Source: Neolecta irregularis DAH-3
Lineage: Eukaryota
Direction: 5' to 3'
NCBI GenBank assembly: GCA_001929475.1
Contig: LXFE01000343.1
Coordinates: 1-33,861 of the forward strand
Length of the DNA stretch: 33,861 bases
Part shown: positions 13,642 to 25,900 of the stretch, one piece after another
Position numbering within the stretch: position 1 is the first letter of the stretch
Layout of the letters: every line of letters starts with the position of its first letter
Made by a program: the position numbers and the translations under genes
The notes under the pieces: model-generated
Seen by the model: the letters and a program-made list of their open reading frames with translations, nothing else
Told to the model about the DNA's origin: nothing
Databases searched by the model: none

Positions 13642-15453
13642 CTTCGTATATGTATTACTACTACATTGTTTTATAAATCTTGTCCCACCTCTTGCCTTAA
13701 TTATCCTCCCCGTGCTTAATCGGTGTACCGGACTCGATGATTGGTACCGTCCCGAGGATTAAGAAAGAGTCATTATAGCAAAAGCAAAGAATCTCTTGGA
13801 GTATATATAGCTGTCCAGGAAAGTATTCCAGACGTAAAAGAAGTCAATAAAATAAGGTTTGATGTTGCAAAGATGCAATATCGATGCAGCACGAAGGTGG
13901 AAAATTAGTCACCGACTTTTTAACTAACCTGATAGAAAAACCCAAAAATAATTTCAGTTTGACTTTCTTTTCTTCATCATGTATGTAGTCTATCTGTTTG
14001 ACTATGATTCTCGGACTCAGTGCTTCCTCAATGAGGATTGAACCTAGCAATTTGAAGGATCCACTTCATATATTTGAAAAATCCGACGAGAATCCCAATA
14101 GCTCACGGAAGAAGACAACCGGTGGCGCGCATTCGGGTTACCGAATAGAGGTTATGACCCCAGAAGCGGAAGGAGGGCTGGAGTGCTCAGGGCGAAGGTG
14201 GTGCGCATTGGCGGGTATTTAATGTGCTACTCACAGTTTCGACCATGGTTTGCTTGATTAATCGTTGTGCCGCGGTCACTATTAGACTAAAAACCATGTG
14301 GCTCATTTTGCAAAATCGACAATGCAAATCATATCCAACCAATAGGAATCTTTGGCTGACAAAGTAATAAGCATGGGACTCAAATTGAGATTGACAACCA
14401 CATGGCTTTCTATATTGCTCCATGTCGAAGCATTTTCTTTTGCCTGATATTCAATGGGATCTCGTCGAATCTTATTCAGCACGAATCGTAACTGAGCTAC
14501 ATAGACAGGAACGAGATATTAATGGTCGCTGCAATACTGCAATTCCTCGGGAGTGAAAATAAGCGATTGAAAGCGGATTTCTTGCAGATTTTCGAGAACC
14601 TTGCTTGGCCTGTTTCGCTCAATACCTCGAAATTGTGGATGTCATATCTTTGTTCATTCATAAGCTTACAGCGGAACCTGATTATAACGATTGTGGCGTT
14701 CAGGGGTCTTGAATATCTTTTAACGAATCATGATATCACGTTTGACCTCATACAAATTGGTTTTGATTGAGTTCGTTATAACGAGGAATTCGTTGTACGG
14801 AGGTTCCCTACAACCAGGTTCTACTATTCTAACAGTTTCCATGACGTTGTTGGCGACACAATCTCTTTCCGATTTGTAACTTTAGTAACAAACTATGACC
14901 TTATGGAGCATCCGCCTTCCCAAAGGATCAGCGGCACTAGTCGTGCAGGACAAATGTGCTTTAGAATGAAGAGAATCCTTCTACCTTGCTCAAACCATTT
15001 AGAGTTCAAGTCTACGATCTCAAATCGAAGCGTATGTCCGGCAGTGTATTAGAACGTATTTGATTGTACCGGCGACATGCGACTTGTTTAATTCATCTTG
15101 GATTGCTTTATCTCAGTTCAAACCAGGAAGGCTATAAATTTTAGTGCGGATTGGTATTCTTACTCCGTTATGAATCACTGCCATATCAAGGTGAAACAAA
15201 CTTAAATCATATTCTCCCCGACTTTGGAATCGTGTGAAGGACTTTCAAGGACTTCTTTGTGAAGAGGATACATATTTTTAGGTCTCCATGTCAATCCTGC
15301 TTTAGATTCAACTATGTGAGACACGTCAACATAGTTGACATAACGAATGCGTTGTTCTGCGCAATTACAAAGTAATCAACGATGTTATCTTTTAGGAATG
15401 AGAAAACAAACCAACAAAACAGTATTCCAATGACCGGGAACCTTCCCTTGACA

Positions 15454-15948
15454 CTAAGATGCTCCGCCTACACTATCCCCTACCATGGTGCCGTTTGCCA
15501 TTGCTTTGTCCCTAAGCTTTTGCTCTGCCTCGGCTATTCGTCGTTCCAATTCTTCAACCTCTCTTCTCTGGAGGGAGAGTCTGTGTTTCCTGTTTTCTCA
15601 GCAGTCATGTTCAGATAGTAGAATGTACTTGTCCCAGAGGTTCAATTCGAGACGGGATAGTTCCTCTGTTTTTGAATCCATTTGAAACGCCGAAATTAGT
15701 TCATCTGAAAAATGCCGAACAAAGCTCCTGTCCAGTTAAGCAAGGCCGGCAAACAAGAGACATACGACTGAGAATTCGTCCGGTGCAAAGCCGGGACTCC
15801 CAGGTTTGACGACGCAGTAGATCTGAGCATACTCCTGATGCGGATGAGCGCGCTGTCTCTGCATACGGGAAGGATACGCTTGAGAATTCGTATGGCGATG
15901 CGCTTGGGTGAAACGGAGTTGGAGGTTTTGGGTTGAAGCTGAAGACAT
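15454..15948 (-). CDS. Small coiled-coil protein, 124 aa; introns 15877-15835, 15765-15728, 15628-15590
   Basis: Three GTA...AG introns (43, 38, 39 nt, all phase 2) give an uninterrupted 375-nt CDS: MSSASTQ...HTNSQA|S...LHRTNSQS|SFVRHFSDELISAFQMDSKTEELSRLELNLWDK|KHRLSLQRREVEELERRIAEAEQKLRDK...GAS*. Confidence 0.8.
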
Positions 15949-16500
15949 GGCCACGGGCTCAAATATGGTTTTACGGTCAGATGGATGGAGAGGACAAGAG
16001 AACAAAGAAAGGGGTTCCCGTTATGGTCGCATACGGTTAGTCTAGCAGTTTCCAGGTCGTCAGCAAGGAAATATTCGAGTTCTATTCGAGTTTGCTTTGG
16101 GTTTAGATTGGTGTCCATTACCAGAACCAGCAAAGCCGAGCGGCCAGCGGATTTCTGAACCAAAGGAAAAGACTGGACCGAATAATTGTATATCATCCAA
16201 GAAATATACAGACACGCGCGATACGCGCTTGACACTTTGCGCTATTAATATACTGGGATCGCAGAGCTTCTGTAAGTTTCTGGCTCTTTGGAGTATCGTT
16301 TATCAGGTCAAAAAAGATATCGCTCTCAAAGACTACAGGCAGTTTGCGCTCGAGATTATGAAAAAGTGCATATCGATACATGTAGAAGCGCAAAATGGAG
16401 GAGAATAAACAGTCTTATCGATAAAACAAGGCTGTGAAACACAACTTCGGCAGGAATATGAATCAGGGAAATGTCCCTTAATTAACTTGCAATATTCAGA

Positions 16501-16508
16501 CAGTCACT
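16501..16508 (+). promoter_or_regulatory. Homol-D-like element (CAGTCAC) of a ribosomal-protein promoter
   Basis: CAGTCACT lies 98 bp upstream of the RPS6 ATG and matches the S. pombe Homol D box CAGTCACA at 7 of 8 positions. Confidence 0.6.
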
Positions 16509-16598
16509 TCATCAGCTCGCGAACAACTCACCTCCAAAAGGACCCGCCGATATCCACCCAACGAATATCTTGCTCTCGCTGCGCGGATCTAATTACCC

Positions 16599-17486
16599 AT
16601 GAAGGTGCGCAGTATTCCGGTTCCTTGCAGGAAAATTTGACCAATGTAGTTGAATATCGCTCACCCTGCAAACGGGTCACAGAAATTGATCGAAATTGAC
16701 GATGAACGACGACTGTACAAGCCTTTAAATCGATTCAACATTGATTTGACAGCCGCGATTTTATGGACAAGAGAATGGGGGCTGAAGTTGCTGGAGATTG
16801 TCTGGGTGATGAATTCAAAGGATACGTCTTCAAGATCACTGGTGGAAACGACAAACAAGGATTTCCCATGAAACAAGGTGTTCTTTTACCCCATCGAGTT
16901 CGTCTTTTGCTCTCCGCTGGTCATAGCTGCTATCGACCTCGACGTGACGGAGAACGAAAGAGAAAATCTGTCCGAGGTTGTATCACCGGACAAGATCTTG
17001 CCGTTATGTCTCTTGTTATCGTTAAGCAAGGAGAAGCTGATATCCCGCAACTCACGGATGTCACCCACCCAAAGCGTCTCGGTCCTAAACGGGCTTCCAA
17101 TATCCGAAAATTCTTCGTATATTGCCCATTCCACGTTCAAATTGTTAACATATATAGAATTTGACCAAAGAAGATGACGTTCGAAAATTCGTTATTCAAA
17201 GAGAAGTTGAACCAAAAGGTGAAGGAAAGAAGACATACACAAAATCTCCTAAGGTCCAACGGTATATTTCTTTTATATCCTGCTTTATGTGCTGATATTA
17301 AGATTGGTTACCCCAACCACTCTCCAACGAAAACGAAGACGAATGGCTCTTAAAGTAAGACGTGCTGAAGCGCAAAAAGAAGCCGCTTCGGATTACGCCA
17401 AATTATTGGCTAAACGAGTAGCCGAAGAGAAAAACAAGCGAACTGAACTGAAGAAGAGACGTGCAAGTTCGATGAATAAGAATTAG
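16599..17486 (+). CDS. RPS6: 40S ribosomal protein eS6; introns 16605-16649, 16715-16752, 17117-17157, 17262-17302
   Basis: [55 protein letters not shown] and C-terminal RRASS phosphosites. The 6-nt first coding exon is typical of RPS6. Confidence 0.98.
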
Positions 17487-17660
17487 GTTGTCAACCTGTT
17501 GATTCATTGAATACAATTGCCAACTTCATTTTTCTATTTAGCACTAGTTAGTTTCTCGTGAAATGCGAGATTCTTAATCTAGTGGTATGAGTTAATGACG
17601 TTATCACCCCGGGGTATCCCGTCGTAACGTGATTATTTTACATCAATTCACATTTACCAA

Positions 17661-18921
17661 ATGCCTCCTCACCTAGAAATTATTTTTACGGTATTGACGC
17701 ATTTGTCCACTCAACAAATGTTTATTTCAGTCTTCTCAAGTTGAATCATTCTTTGACATCGCTTTTGTGCCAAGAGATAATATATTTGCTGTAGTTGGTG
17801 GTCGAACTGTATCCCTTCAATCTTTCCAAAAAATTGATTAATCCAGAGGTATTACTTTTCGAACCTTTTGAAAGATCGGTCGACATGCTCGGATCTTTCT
17901 TCGACTCTGCAAATGTATATTACTCCTAATTACTATGATTGATAATTTAGGCGGCTGAGGAATATTATTGTTGTTGTTGGACATGGATCGACGATGTTTA
18001 TGTTCTTTGCGTTGCTGGAAAAGATGGAATAATCAAAGTCTTAGATGTAAATAATATGACGCTCCTAAAAGTAATTTTACAGGAGGCTTTATTGCTGATT
18101 TCTAGACGCTGACAGGGCATGGGTTTGTAGGATCATTCAACAGATTCTTTTTAAAGATTAGGCGATCCTGGATCTTTCAACCCATCCAGTTAATTCAAAT
18201 ATCATTGCATCAGCCTCTGAAGATAACTCGGTTCGATTATGGGACATTCAGTCTGGAGAAACCGTTTCTATATTTGGCGGAGATGGAGGACACAAGGAAC
18301 AAGTCATTTGCTGCGTATGTCTGTTCCTCGCCTGTGAGGCTAATGATGTAGACATTCCATCCATCAGGTGAATATCTGGCATCTGGCGGAATGGACAACA
18401 CTCTCAAAATTTGGAAAATTCCAGAGAATTTTCACAAGTTACAGATCTCGCACCCAATCTTTTCAAGCAGGGAGATGCATACGGACTTTATTGATAGTAT
18501 CCAGTTTTATGGAGACCTGATCATCGCAAAAGCTGCTTCCCAGTGTCGAATTATCATTTGGCAGATAATTGGCTTTCCTTTATCGACAAAAGCGGTTGTC
18601 AACATAACAATAAAATCATCTAGCGTAGAAAGAATTGCAACTTTAGATCTTCCGAATAGTCAAAACTGGTATATTCGACACTCTATCAGCTCTGATGGGC
18701 GCCTTATCTGCGGGAATGGCGCTGGATCGATATTCAGTTGGACTTTGGAAGATTTAAGGATTCAGAGGCCAGTAGAGCCTATCAAGGCGAATTGGTCTGG
18801 TCAAATTCCTGGCTACATGGGCACAATCAGGAAAGTTGAGAGTTCGAAAGATGCACAATATCTCATCGGATGTGGAGAAGGTGGAAAGATTGTAGTATGG
18901 AGGATGATAAATGATAAATGA
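17661..18921 (+). CDS. EED: Polycomb WD40 protein EED/ESC/FIE (PRC2 core subunit), about 345 aa; introns 17691-17730, 17809-17848, 17915-17950, 18071-18105, 18127-18161, 18315-18351
   Basis: Colinear with EED motifs as recalled: IFAVVGGRTVLLFE, EEYYCCCWT, LCVAGKDGIIKV, GHG.AI..L..HP, SEDNSVRLWDIQ, IFGGDGGHKEQV, SGGMDNTLKIW, HPIFSSREMHTDFIDSIQFYGDLIIAK, NWYIRHS, GN..G.I..W.L and GTIRK. Confidence 0.88.
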
Positions 18922-19080
18922 TAATATTAAAGATTGATTCTTCACAAGACAGTATATGACAAGCACCCAAACCAGACTTATATACAAAACATTGATTCTC
19001 TCGACCGTGGAGATGAAATATTTTCTTTAAACCATGAGGCACACATTCAGGTAGAGCACAGCCAAAAGTCTCCTGGTAAT

Positions 19081-19641
19081 TTACGACTTCCGCCCATTCC
19101 TATTCTGAACCATTTCAAACCCATCTTGATCAATAACCGGCCCTCTTAAGGGTTGAGGTTCGGCAGTTGTTTCGTCAACTTCCATTGATGCATCGCTTGC
19201 TTCATCATCATCATCTGGATTGTCGCATCCCTCAACTACAATTTGGATAGGTGTGGTGCTGTGAGCATGATGCCGTAGTTGGAGTTTGGTTACTGGTTCA
19301 TAGTTTCCTTGCCTGCATTCTTGATATATTATCATGATGTCTCTGGCATTTTCGCAGGCAGAATCGTCGTCTACGTCTACATTGAACTCGTCTTGCATGA
19401 CTTGTAGCAGTCGAGCTTCTACATCTTCTTCACATACTTGGCTTCCATCTAGACTTTTAGCATATTTTATAGAGTTTTGTAAACCCTCGAATAGATCTAC
19501 CACAGCACCAGCAAGCCAATCTCGTTTATCGCCACTATCTGGCCCACCCCAATGATTCTCGACTGCTACTCGCAAAACAGTCCATTTATACAAGATCAGA
19601 GCTACGCCTAGTTCGAAATACCGTCGTTGAACATTTTCCAT
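19081..19641 (-). CDS. TSR2: Pre-rRNA processing protein Tsr2 (eS26 escortin, WGG family); probable in-frame 36-nt intron 19484-19449
   Basis: FELGVALILYKWTVLRVAVENHWGGPDSGDKRDWL, LLQVMQDEFNVDVDDDS, an acidic tail and C-terminal DQDGFEMVQ. Confidence 0.93.
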   Translation of the reverse strand: MENVQRRYFELGVALILYKWTVLRVAVENHWGGPDSGDKRDWLAGAVVDLFEGLQNSIKYAKSLDGSQVCEEDVEARLLQVMQDEFNVDVDDDSACENARDIMIIYQECRQGNYEPVTKLQLRHHAHSTTPIQIVVEGCDNPDDDDEASDASMEVDETTAEPQPLRGPVIDQDGFEMVQNRNGRKS

Positions 19642-19904
19642 TACTTAGTAGGTGGGGTAGAAATAAACTAACCACCAAACTTCAATATCGATCACGCTTC
19701 ATCTCGACACGACTTCTCTTCCAGTCTATCACCGCCAACCTCTACTTTTCTCTATCAACATCCTCCAAGACTGGTACAAATTATTCAGAGATTTCAAACG
19801 CTGAATCACTAAAAGCATTCAAATATATTGTGGTTTTTCCACCAAAGGTAGCTAGGAGCTGCGATCCCTTCTGTGCCGCGGAAAATCCTGGGTTTCTCGC
19901 CACC

Positions 19905-22900
19905 ATGCAGATTACGAAATCGCTTCCAAAGCGTCTTACACCTCCTGTATGTATTTAATGGGATCATCAATAACCAGCAATAGCCCCCTGAAATCAAAAA
20001 ATTCATTGACATCGCTATATCAAGTCTAGATGTCGACTTGCCTAGCCATCTTTCATCATTGCAGAAATGGGTATACCCGCGTGGCGAAATGTTTCATTGG
20101 ATCCCTGTTCTAAATCGATTGGATGAAGTTTTGGAGAAATTGGTTGAAAAATACGAATTGACCAAAGTGCAAGGAGCTCCTTTCGAAGACTTTGATAAAT
20201 CCACTCTACTCTCGGTTCTCAAATTCACCTCATTCTTGTTCGATCATTCAGCGAATCGGTCTCTCTACAATTCATCCATGGTATCCTAACCTTTTTCCTG
20301 GATAGAGCTTATGTGACGTCAGCATTTGAACCATTTGTTACATACTACTGACATTGACGTTCTTGAAGCAAATCTTCGCCTGTGTCTTCGAATGGCCCAA
20401 CGGATACCAATGTCAGGTCATGCTAAGAACATTTATAAAATCAACCATGATCGAATCATGGAACTGGCTGTGAGTTGGCAGCGACAGAGGAAAACAAAAA
20501 TATCATTGGTTCAGTTGCTTCAAGATGACGCAGATATCCCAGAAGATTGGACGGGCCTGAGTTATCAATATTTTAGACAGGATCCCTCTCATTCGCCTGT
20601 CTCCGCATTTCGTCACACACATACTCAAAAGAAGAAAGAACCTGTTACTCCGACTCAGAAACGAGCTGTTGCTGAAGAGTACACTGAAGGCATAGTTGCC
20701 ATTGAAATCTCGGCAGAAAAACTCCAGAAGAGCTCTCTGGAACATGTTGTTCAGCAAACCATCACACAATTCGACCTCCCTCTTGAACATCAGCCTGAAT
20801 TTCTCTACCGCGTTCGATTGGCGAAATATATCCAAGATCCTATTAGACGGAAACAATTGGTTACCTGCCGATTGCTCGCACTGGCTAATGCTGGTAAGAA
20901 ACGCTTTAGCCTTGAACTGACATTTAGCCTACCTTGCTCTTGATTCGCCAAAAGAAGCTAAACTGATGATCTGTGAACCTGACATAATAGTTCGTCTCGT
21001 CGAAATCATCCATCCCGAAAACCATGTTCGTCGGGACGTTCAAACTATTGCTCTAAACGCCCTGGAAGCCTTTTCACATCAAAGTAATGCAGTAACAGAA
21101 GTTCTGACTGAGCTGAATGTTGCTATCAATCATGGGATTCTTTTGTCAGTTCTTCGAATGATGATTCGAGACTTTCAAGAAAGTAAACGTGTGCATCCGA
21201 CCTTATTTGGATATCTTGCTCACGTATTCAGCTGTTGATGAGAACTTTCAGGAGGCGATGTTCCGAATACTGACCTACTTCATTACCATTAGCACTGGCT
21301 CAGGAATGCTCTCATCTGCTGGTTTGATTCCAATCCTTGTTGCTATGCTCGATATTCAACACCCTGAAGCTCTTCGAGCCGTCTCTAAATGTATTGGCGT
21401 CATCGACCATCTTATTTTTGGGCTTCAGACGAGTTTCCAGTCATTCAGCAATGCGCAAGGTCTCAAATTTCTTGTAGATCGATTACAGGTACTGGTTTTT
21501 TCCGACCCTATACTAACTGTCAGCACGAAATTGATTACGGCATTAAACATGCATCTGCGCACACTGAACGTGTAATACCTCAAATGGACTACCAAATGCC
21601 ATACGAACGATTTACCCTCATCAGGACTTGCTTAAAATTCATCCTGCGTATGCTTACTACAGCTGGAATAGCGGACCAACTACGGAATCTCATTGATACA
21701 TCGTTGATCTTAACAATTGGCAAAGTTTTCAACCACTCCCAAGTTTTTGGAGCGACAATTTTTGCGACAATGACGAATATCATGGCGACATTCGTTCATA
21801 ACGAACCAACATCTTATGCCGTTATTCATGAATCTAAACTATCGCATACTTTCCTAGATGCGGTATCGCATGGATTTCCAAAGAGCAGCGAAGTCATGGG
21901 AATTATACCTCATGCCTTTGAAGCCATATGTCTCAATGCACAGGGAATGGAATTGTTCAAACAAATTTCACCAATGAAACCTTATTTTGAGGCGATGCTC
22001 GACGAGGCATACTGTCGAAACACCAGAGATCTCGAATCGGCCAATGCTGGAATCGGTCAAGGATTCGATGAGTTTTTACGTCATCAACCGTCACTGCGAA
22101 GCGATATTTATCGGGATATCCTCGGCTTAATTCGTCGCGTTGTAGACTATGGCGTCCAAAACCCTATTCCTCTGTTGAATGTTAACAAGAGCACCCTAGT
22201 AGAATCTTTGGTTGAAACGTCGGAAGATGTCTCAATGCGTGATGTCTCGAAAGACGTTAGGCAATGCAAAAAAGATGACGAGGAAGAAGTTGCATTTATT
22301 CTTTATCTAAACGTCGTTGCCGCATTCGTCGACGGTATGCTACAGAATCCGAATCAAGTCAAGGAATTCCTCAAGACAGAAGGACTTGATCTCTTGGTAC
22401 AACTGTACACCTCACCCGGACTTCCTTATGACTTTGGTTATTCGTCTGCCGCTTATTCGTTATCACATACCTTCAGACTTGTCGTCGAAGCTAAACCAGA
22501 TGTTGCGATTCCTGTAGTACTTAAAAAGGTCAGGGAGGTGCTTGAATTGATTCGACCAGTACTTGACTACAATGGCTCAGATTCGTTCCTCCGGCAATTC
22601 ATCGATATTCACGAAAACGATCTGGATGTGGCTAAACATGGGAATGAACTCATTAGGAACCTCATCTCTTCTCATGGCCTAATGATGCTTCTGTCTGATT
22701 TATATGCCAATCCAGCTATCAGTCATGGCAAAAGTTACATTTCTCTTTACCAACCCTACATTGAAACCCCGGAATTTCAAGATCTAATCAAGACGATTGG
22801 ACTGCTTCATCGTGTATGTATTTGGGAAGATTTGATGATCATCGGTACCATGTCGAAAGACTGGAACGATGCAACAGTAGCTAAATCAGAAGAACAACCT

Positions 22901-25900
22901 TCAGAGAACGATGAGATAGAGAAACGAAGGGTCCAAGCGGAAAGAGCCATTGATACCTCAGATCCGAAATTCAAAAATGCTAAGATCATCAGATTTTTGA
23001 TCAGTCAAATTCCAAGCGGTATTACACCGACGTTTCAGGGTACATTTGAGGAAAGAAATTAGTTGATTCTTTCTAGGTCTTGGTCGAATCTTAATTTCTC
23101 GAAGGTCTTCTGATAACAATCAAAGAAGGTTGTCATTTGCTATGGGAAAACAACTCGCTATGGTTTTGATAGAGCATATGAACTGGTCCAGAGCAGGTAC
23201 GTCATCTTGCAGTTCAAAACTTCTTATAACTTTAGCTGCCAGATCTACGAAAGACATGTATAGTTACTGGATTGTCATGCTAACCTTAATTCATGGTGTC
23301 CTTTTAGACGGTATTTCGATATTTGATACCTTTCCTTTCTAACTATAGATCGATCAAGCATGAACTCAAATTGCTCGCTTCTCACTTGTATCATGCTTCC
23401 CTTTCAGCAAAACAACGGCCTTGAATCTGTCCTTCGCATCCTTGAGCATTTTTGGCAAGAAGCCAAGTCTGTTCCAGAAGAACTAGGCAACGAAAATCTC
23501 ACTAACGAGCACCTATCGTCAACAACTTCCGCACATGTTCTAGGTGGATTGAAAGTCATTTTTCAATTCCTTCTTCAAATCACACGCTCAAAAACGGTTA
23601 TTGATGCTGCTCAAACTCAGGTTATGCAAGCCAGAACTCAGGATTTGGGTAAAGATGAGTATTTTGTTCCATCAGCATTCCTTCTGCGATTAAGATATAT
23701 CGTATTTCCGACAATTCAAATATGTTGGAAATCAGAGCATCTAATTAAGTTATCAAACTCTCTGGTCAAATTCCTCAGTCAAGTCCTTGCTCAATTGCTC
23801 AAAGGCGAAGGAGAAATCAATTTAATGCCTCAAGAACGTGAATCAAGCACAAGTGTTGCTTCATTTCCTGCTTTCCGTCGAGCGTTGGATGCGACTAACA
23901 ATCCTCGACCTCCAATTCAGTTATACGATGAATCAAATGTTCAGGCTCTTATGGAAATGGGATTTTCTCGGGGTGCTGTTGAAAGAGCACTTACTCGAAG
24001 TCGTAACAGACTTGAAGTGGCAACAGAATGGCTTCTGGCTCATCCAGAAGCCCATAGCTTGCCTCCTCTTTCTCAATCAATCACTCCACAACCCGAACGA
24101 CCCAGTTCAAGTCTAGCTGCCGAAGGAGGTTCGACAGCTGGGGATACTGAACAAGTTTTTCCAGCGCCGACCGTCAGTGAAGCAACAGTTGATGAAGGAA
24201 ATCCATCCATCCGAGTACCTGCCACTCAGCCTACTGCACCAGACGACAATTCCTCTCTCATGAATGTCGACGAAGAATCTAGACCTCGATCCAGCATTGC
24301 AGATCCTACTGGGGATGTTGAAATGGAAGAAGGACCTCTTCGGCCGCAGGTAGTTTTACCGCTTCCCCTGCTTGCAAAAGGCAAAAGCAAAGCAGCCCTT
24401 CGACGTGATGATACGGAAGAACTAATAAAACGAGTCTCAGAACTCCGAAATGATTCTCGAGCTACGATAATTGAACGTGCTCTCGATATTCTACAAGCCC
24501 ATCCAGACGTCTCATACGATATTTCAAAACTCATTATCGGTGCGTCAGATGGGTCTATACATCAGGAGTGGAGATTAGAAACGACAACGGTCATTATCGA
24601 GAGCATTCGTAGTCTTGCAGGTTCTCGAACTGATCCTTGTAAAGGTCTAGCTTTGACCTCTGTCATCCATCTCTTTGGACTTCTTATTCACGAAAAACCA
24701 TATTACTCGGATGCGTCTGCTGCCATCCAGGCAGATCTCCCGCTTCTCGTCGAAATCTCCCGTGTTAATGATGATGAATCTCCGCCTTGGTCCGCACATG
24801 TATTTTTAATATTCGAAGAGCTCTTGAATCACAGCGACCAGCCTATTCATGTCACTCTAAATCAGCATGGAGCTGAGGAATTTGTTGCTCGTTCCAAAAC
24901 TCCAATCGATGTGGTTAAAATTGATCTTGATGTTCGCATTCAGATATTCGAAAATATATTGAAAGTCCTCCAAACCCAACCTCAAGATAAAAATCTTGTT
25001 ATTACAGTCCTTCGTTTACTAGTGCGATTTACCAGGCAACGAGAACTTGCCACCCGAATGGTGCAAGATGGAGCTCTCGCAAATCTCTTTGGTACCATCC
25101 GAAAGCTATCTGGGCAGCATCTTCAAACCATTCAAGTCCCTCTTCTCCTCGTCCTTAGACACATCGTTGAAGATGAGTCGATTCTTCGGTCTATCATACG
25201 GACTCAAATTCGAGCAGCCTGTCGACCCAGTCGGTACGGTACACATGCTACTGATATGACCGTTTTTATGAGATCCACAGCGCCGGTCGTTCTTCGAGAT
25301 CCCGATACATTTTCTCAAATCATAACGGAACAATGTAAGCTTGCAGAAGGAGATCTCGGCATTTCGCAGCATTTCATCGACTTGAGAAGTCCCCCACAGA
25401 ACAAGGACGCAAATAGAGCAGAGACCTTGACAGATAGCAAAGAATCTCACTCACAGGACAGCAATACCAAACCACCAGGTGTGGAACATCCCGATGGAGT
25501 CATTCATTTTCTTGTTACGGAACTTTTGGCCCTTAAAGACATTGCTGATGGGGAACCTGAAATCAAACAGTCCGATAAAGTTGACGATGCTGAGACACAC
25601 AAGGAGGAAAAGAAGGTTCAGGATTTCAAGCTCGAAGAAAACTCGGATTTTCTTTATCGACTCTTCCTCCTTCAATGCTTGACTGAATTACTGGGTGCTT
25701 ATAATCGCTGCAAACTTGAGTTCATCAACTTTTCTCGTCGAGCTCATCCTAGAGAAACGATTACCCCTTCTAAACCACGCTCAACAATTCTCAACCACCT
25801 TCTTTATGATCTTATTCCGTACGATGTCAATGATTCGTCAGAAGCTCTTAAACCACACCTTAAGAAGCTCACCTCAGATTGGGCTATGTGGTGTATAGGA

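Noticed and set aside
13694-13763. Loose inverted repeat (cttaat...gattaag) after ARP5
   Set aside because: Short and imperfect; not distinguishable from chance.
14768-14770. In-frame TGA as selenocysteine or programmed readthrough
   Set aside because: No redox motif, SECIS or readthrough context is visible, and Dikarya are not known to use Sec.
15010-15070. LRSQIEAYVRQC resembling a retroelement integrase zinc-binding helix
   Set aside because: Too short; the second Cys is missing and no other pol motifs are nearby.
15696-16408. ORFs of 179, 103 and 66 aa between the microgene and RPS6
   Set aside because: They have non-ATG or weak starts and no recognisable motifs; the region is best read as a shared promoter plus part of the spliced microgene.
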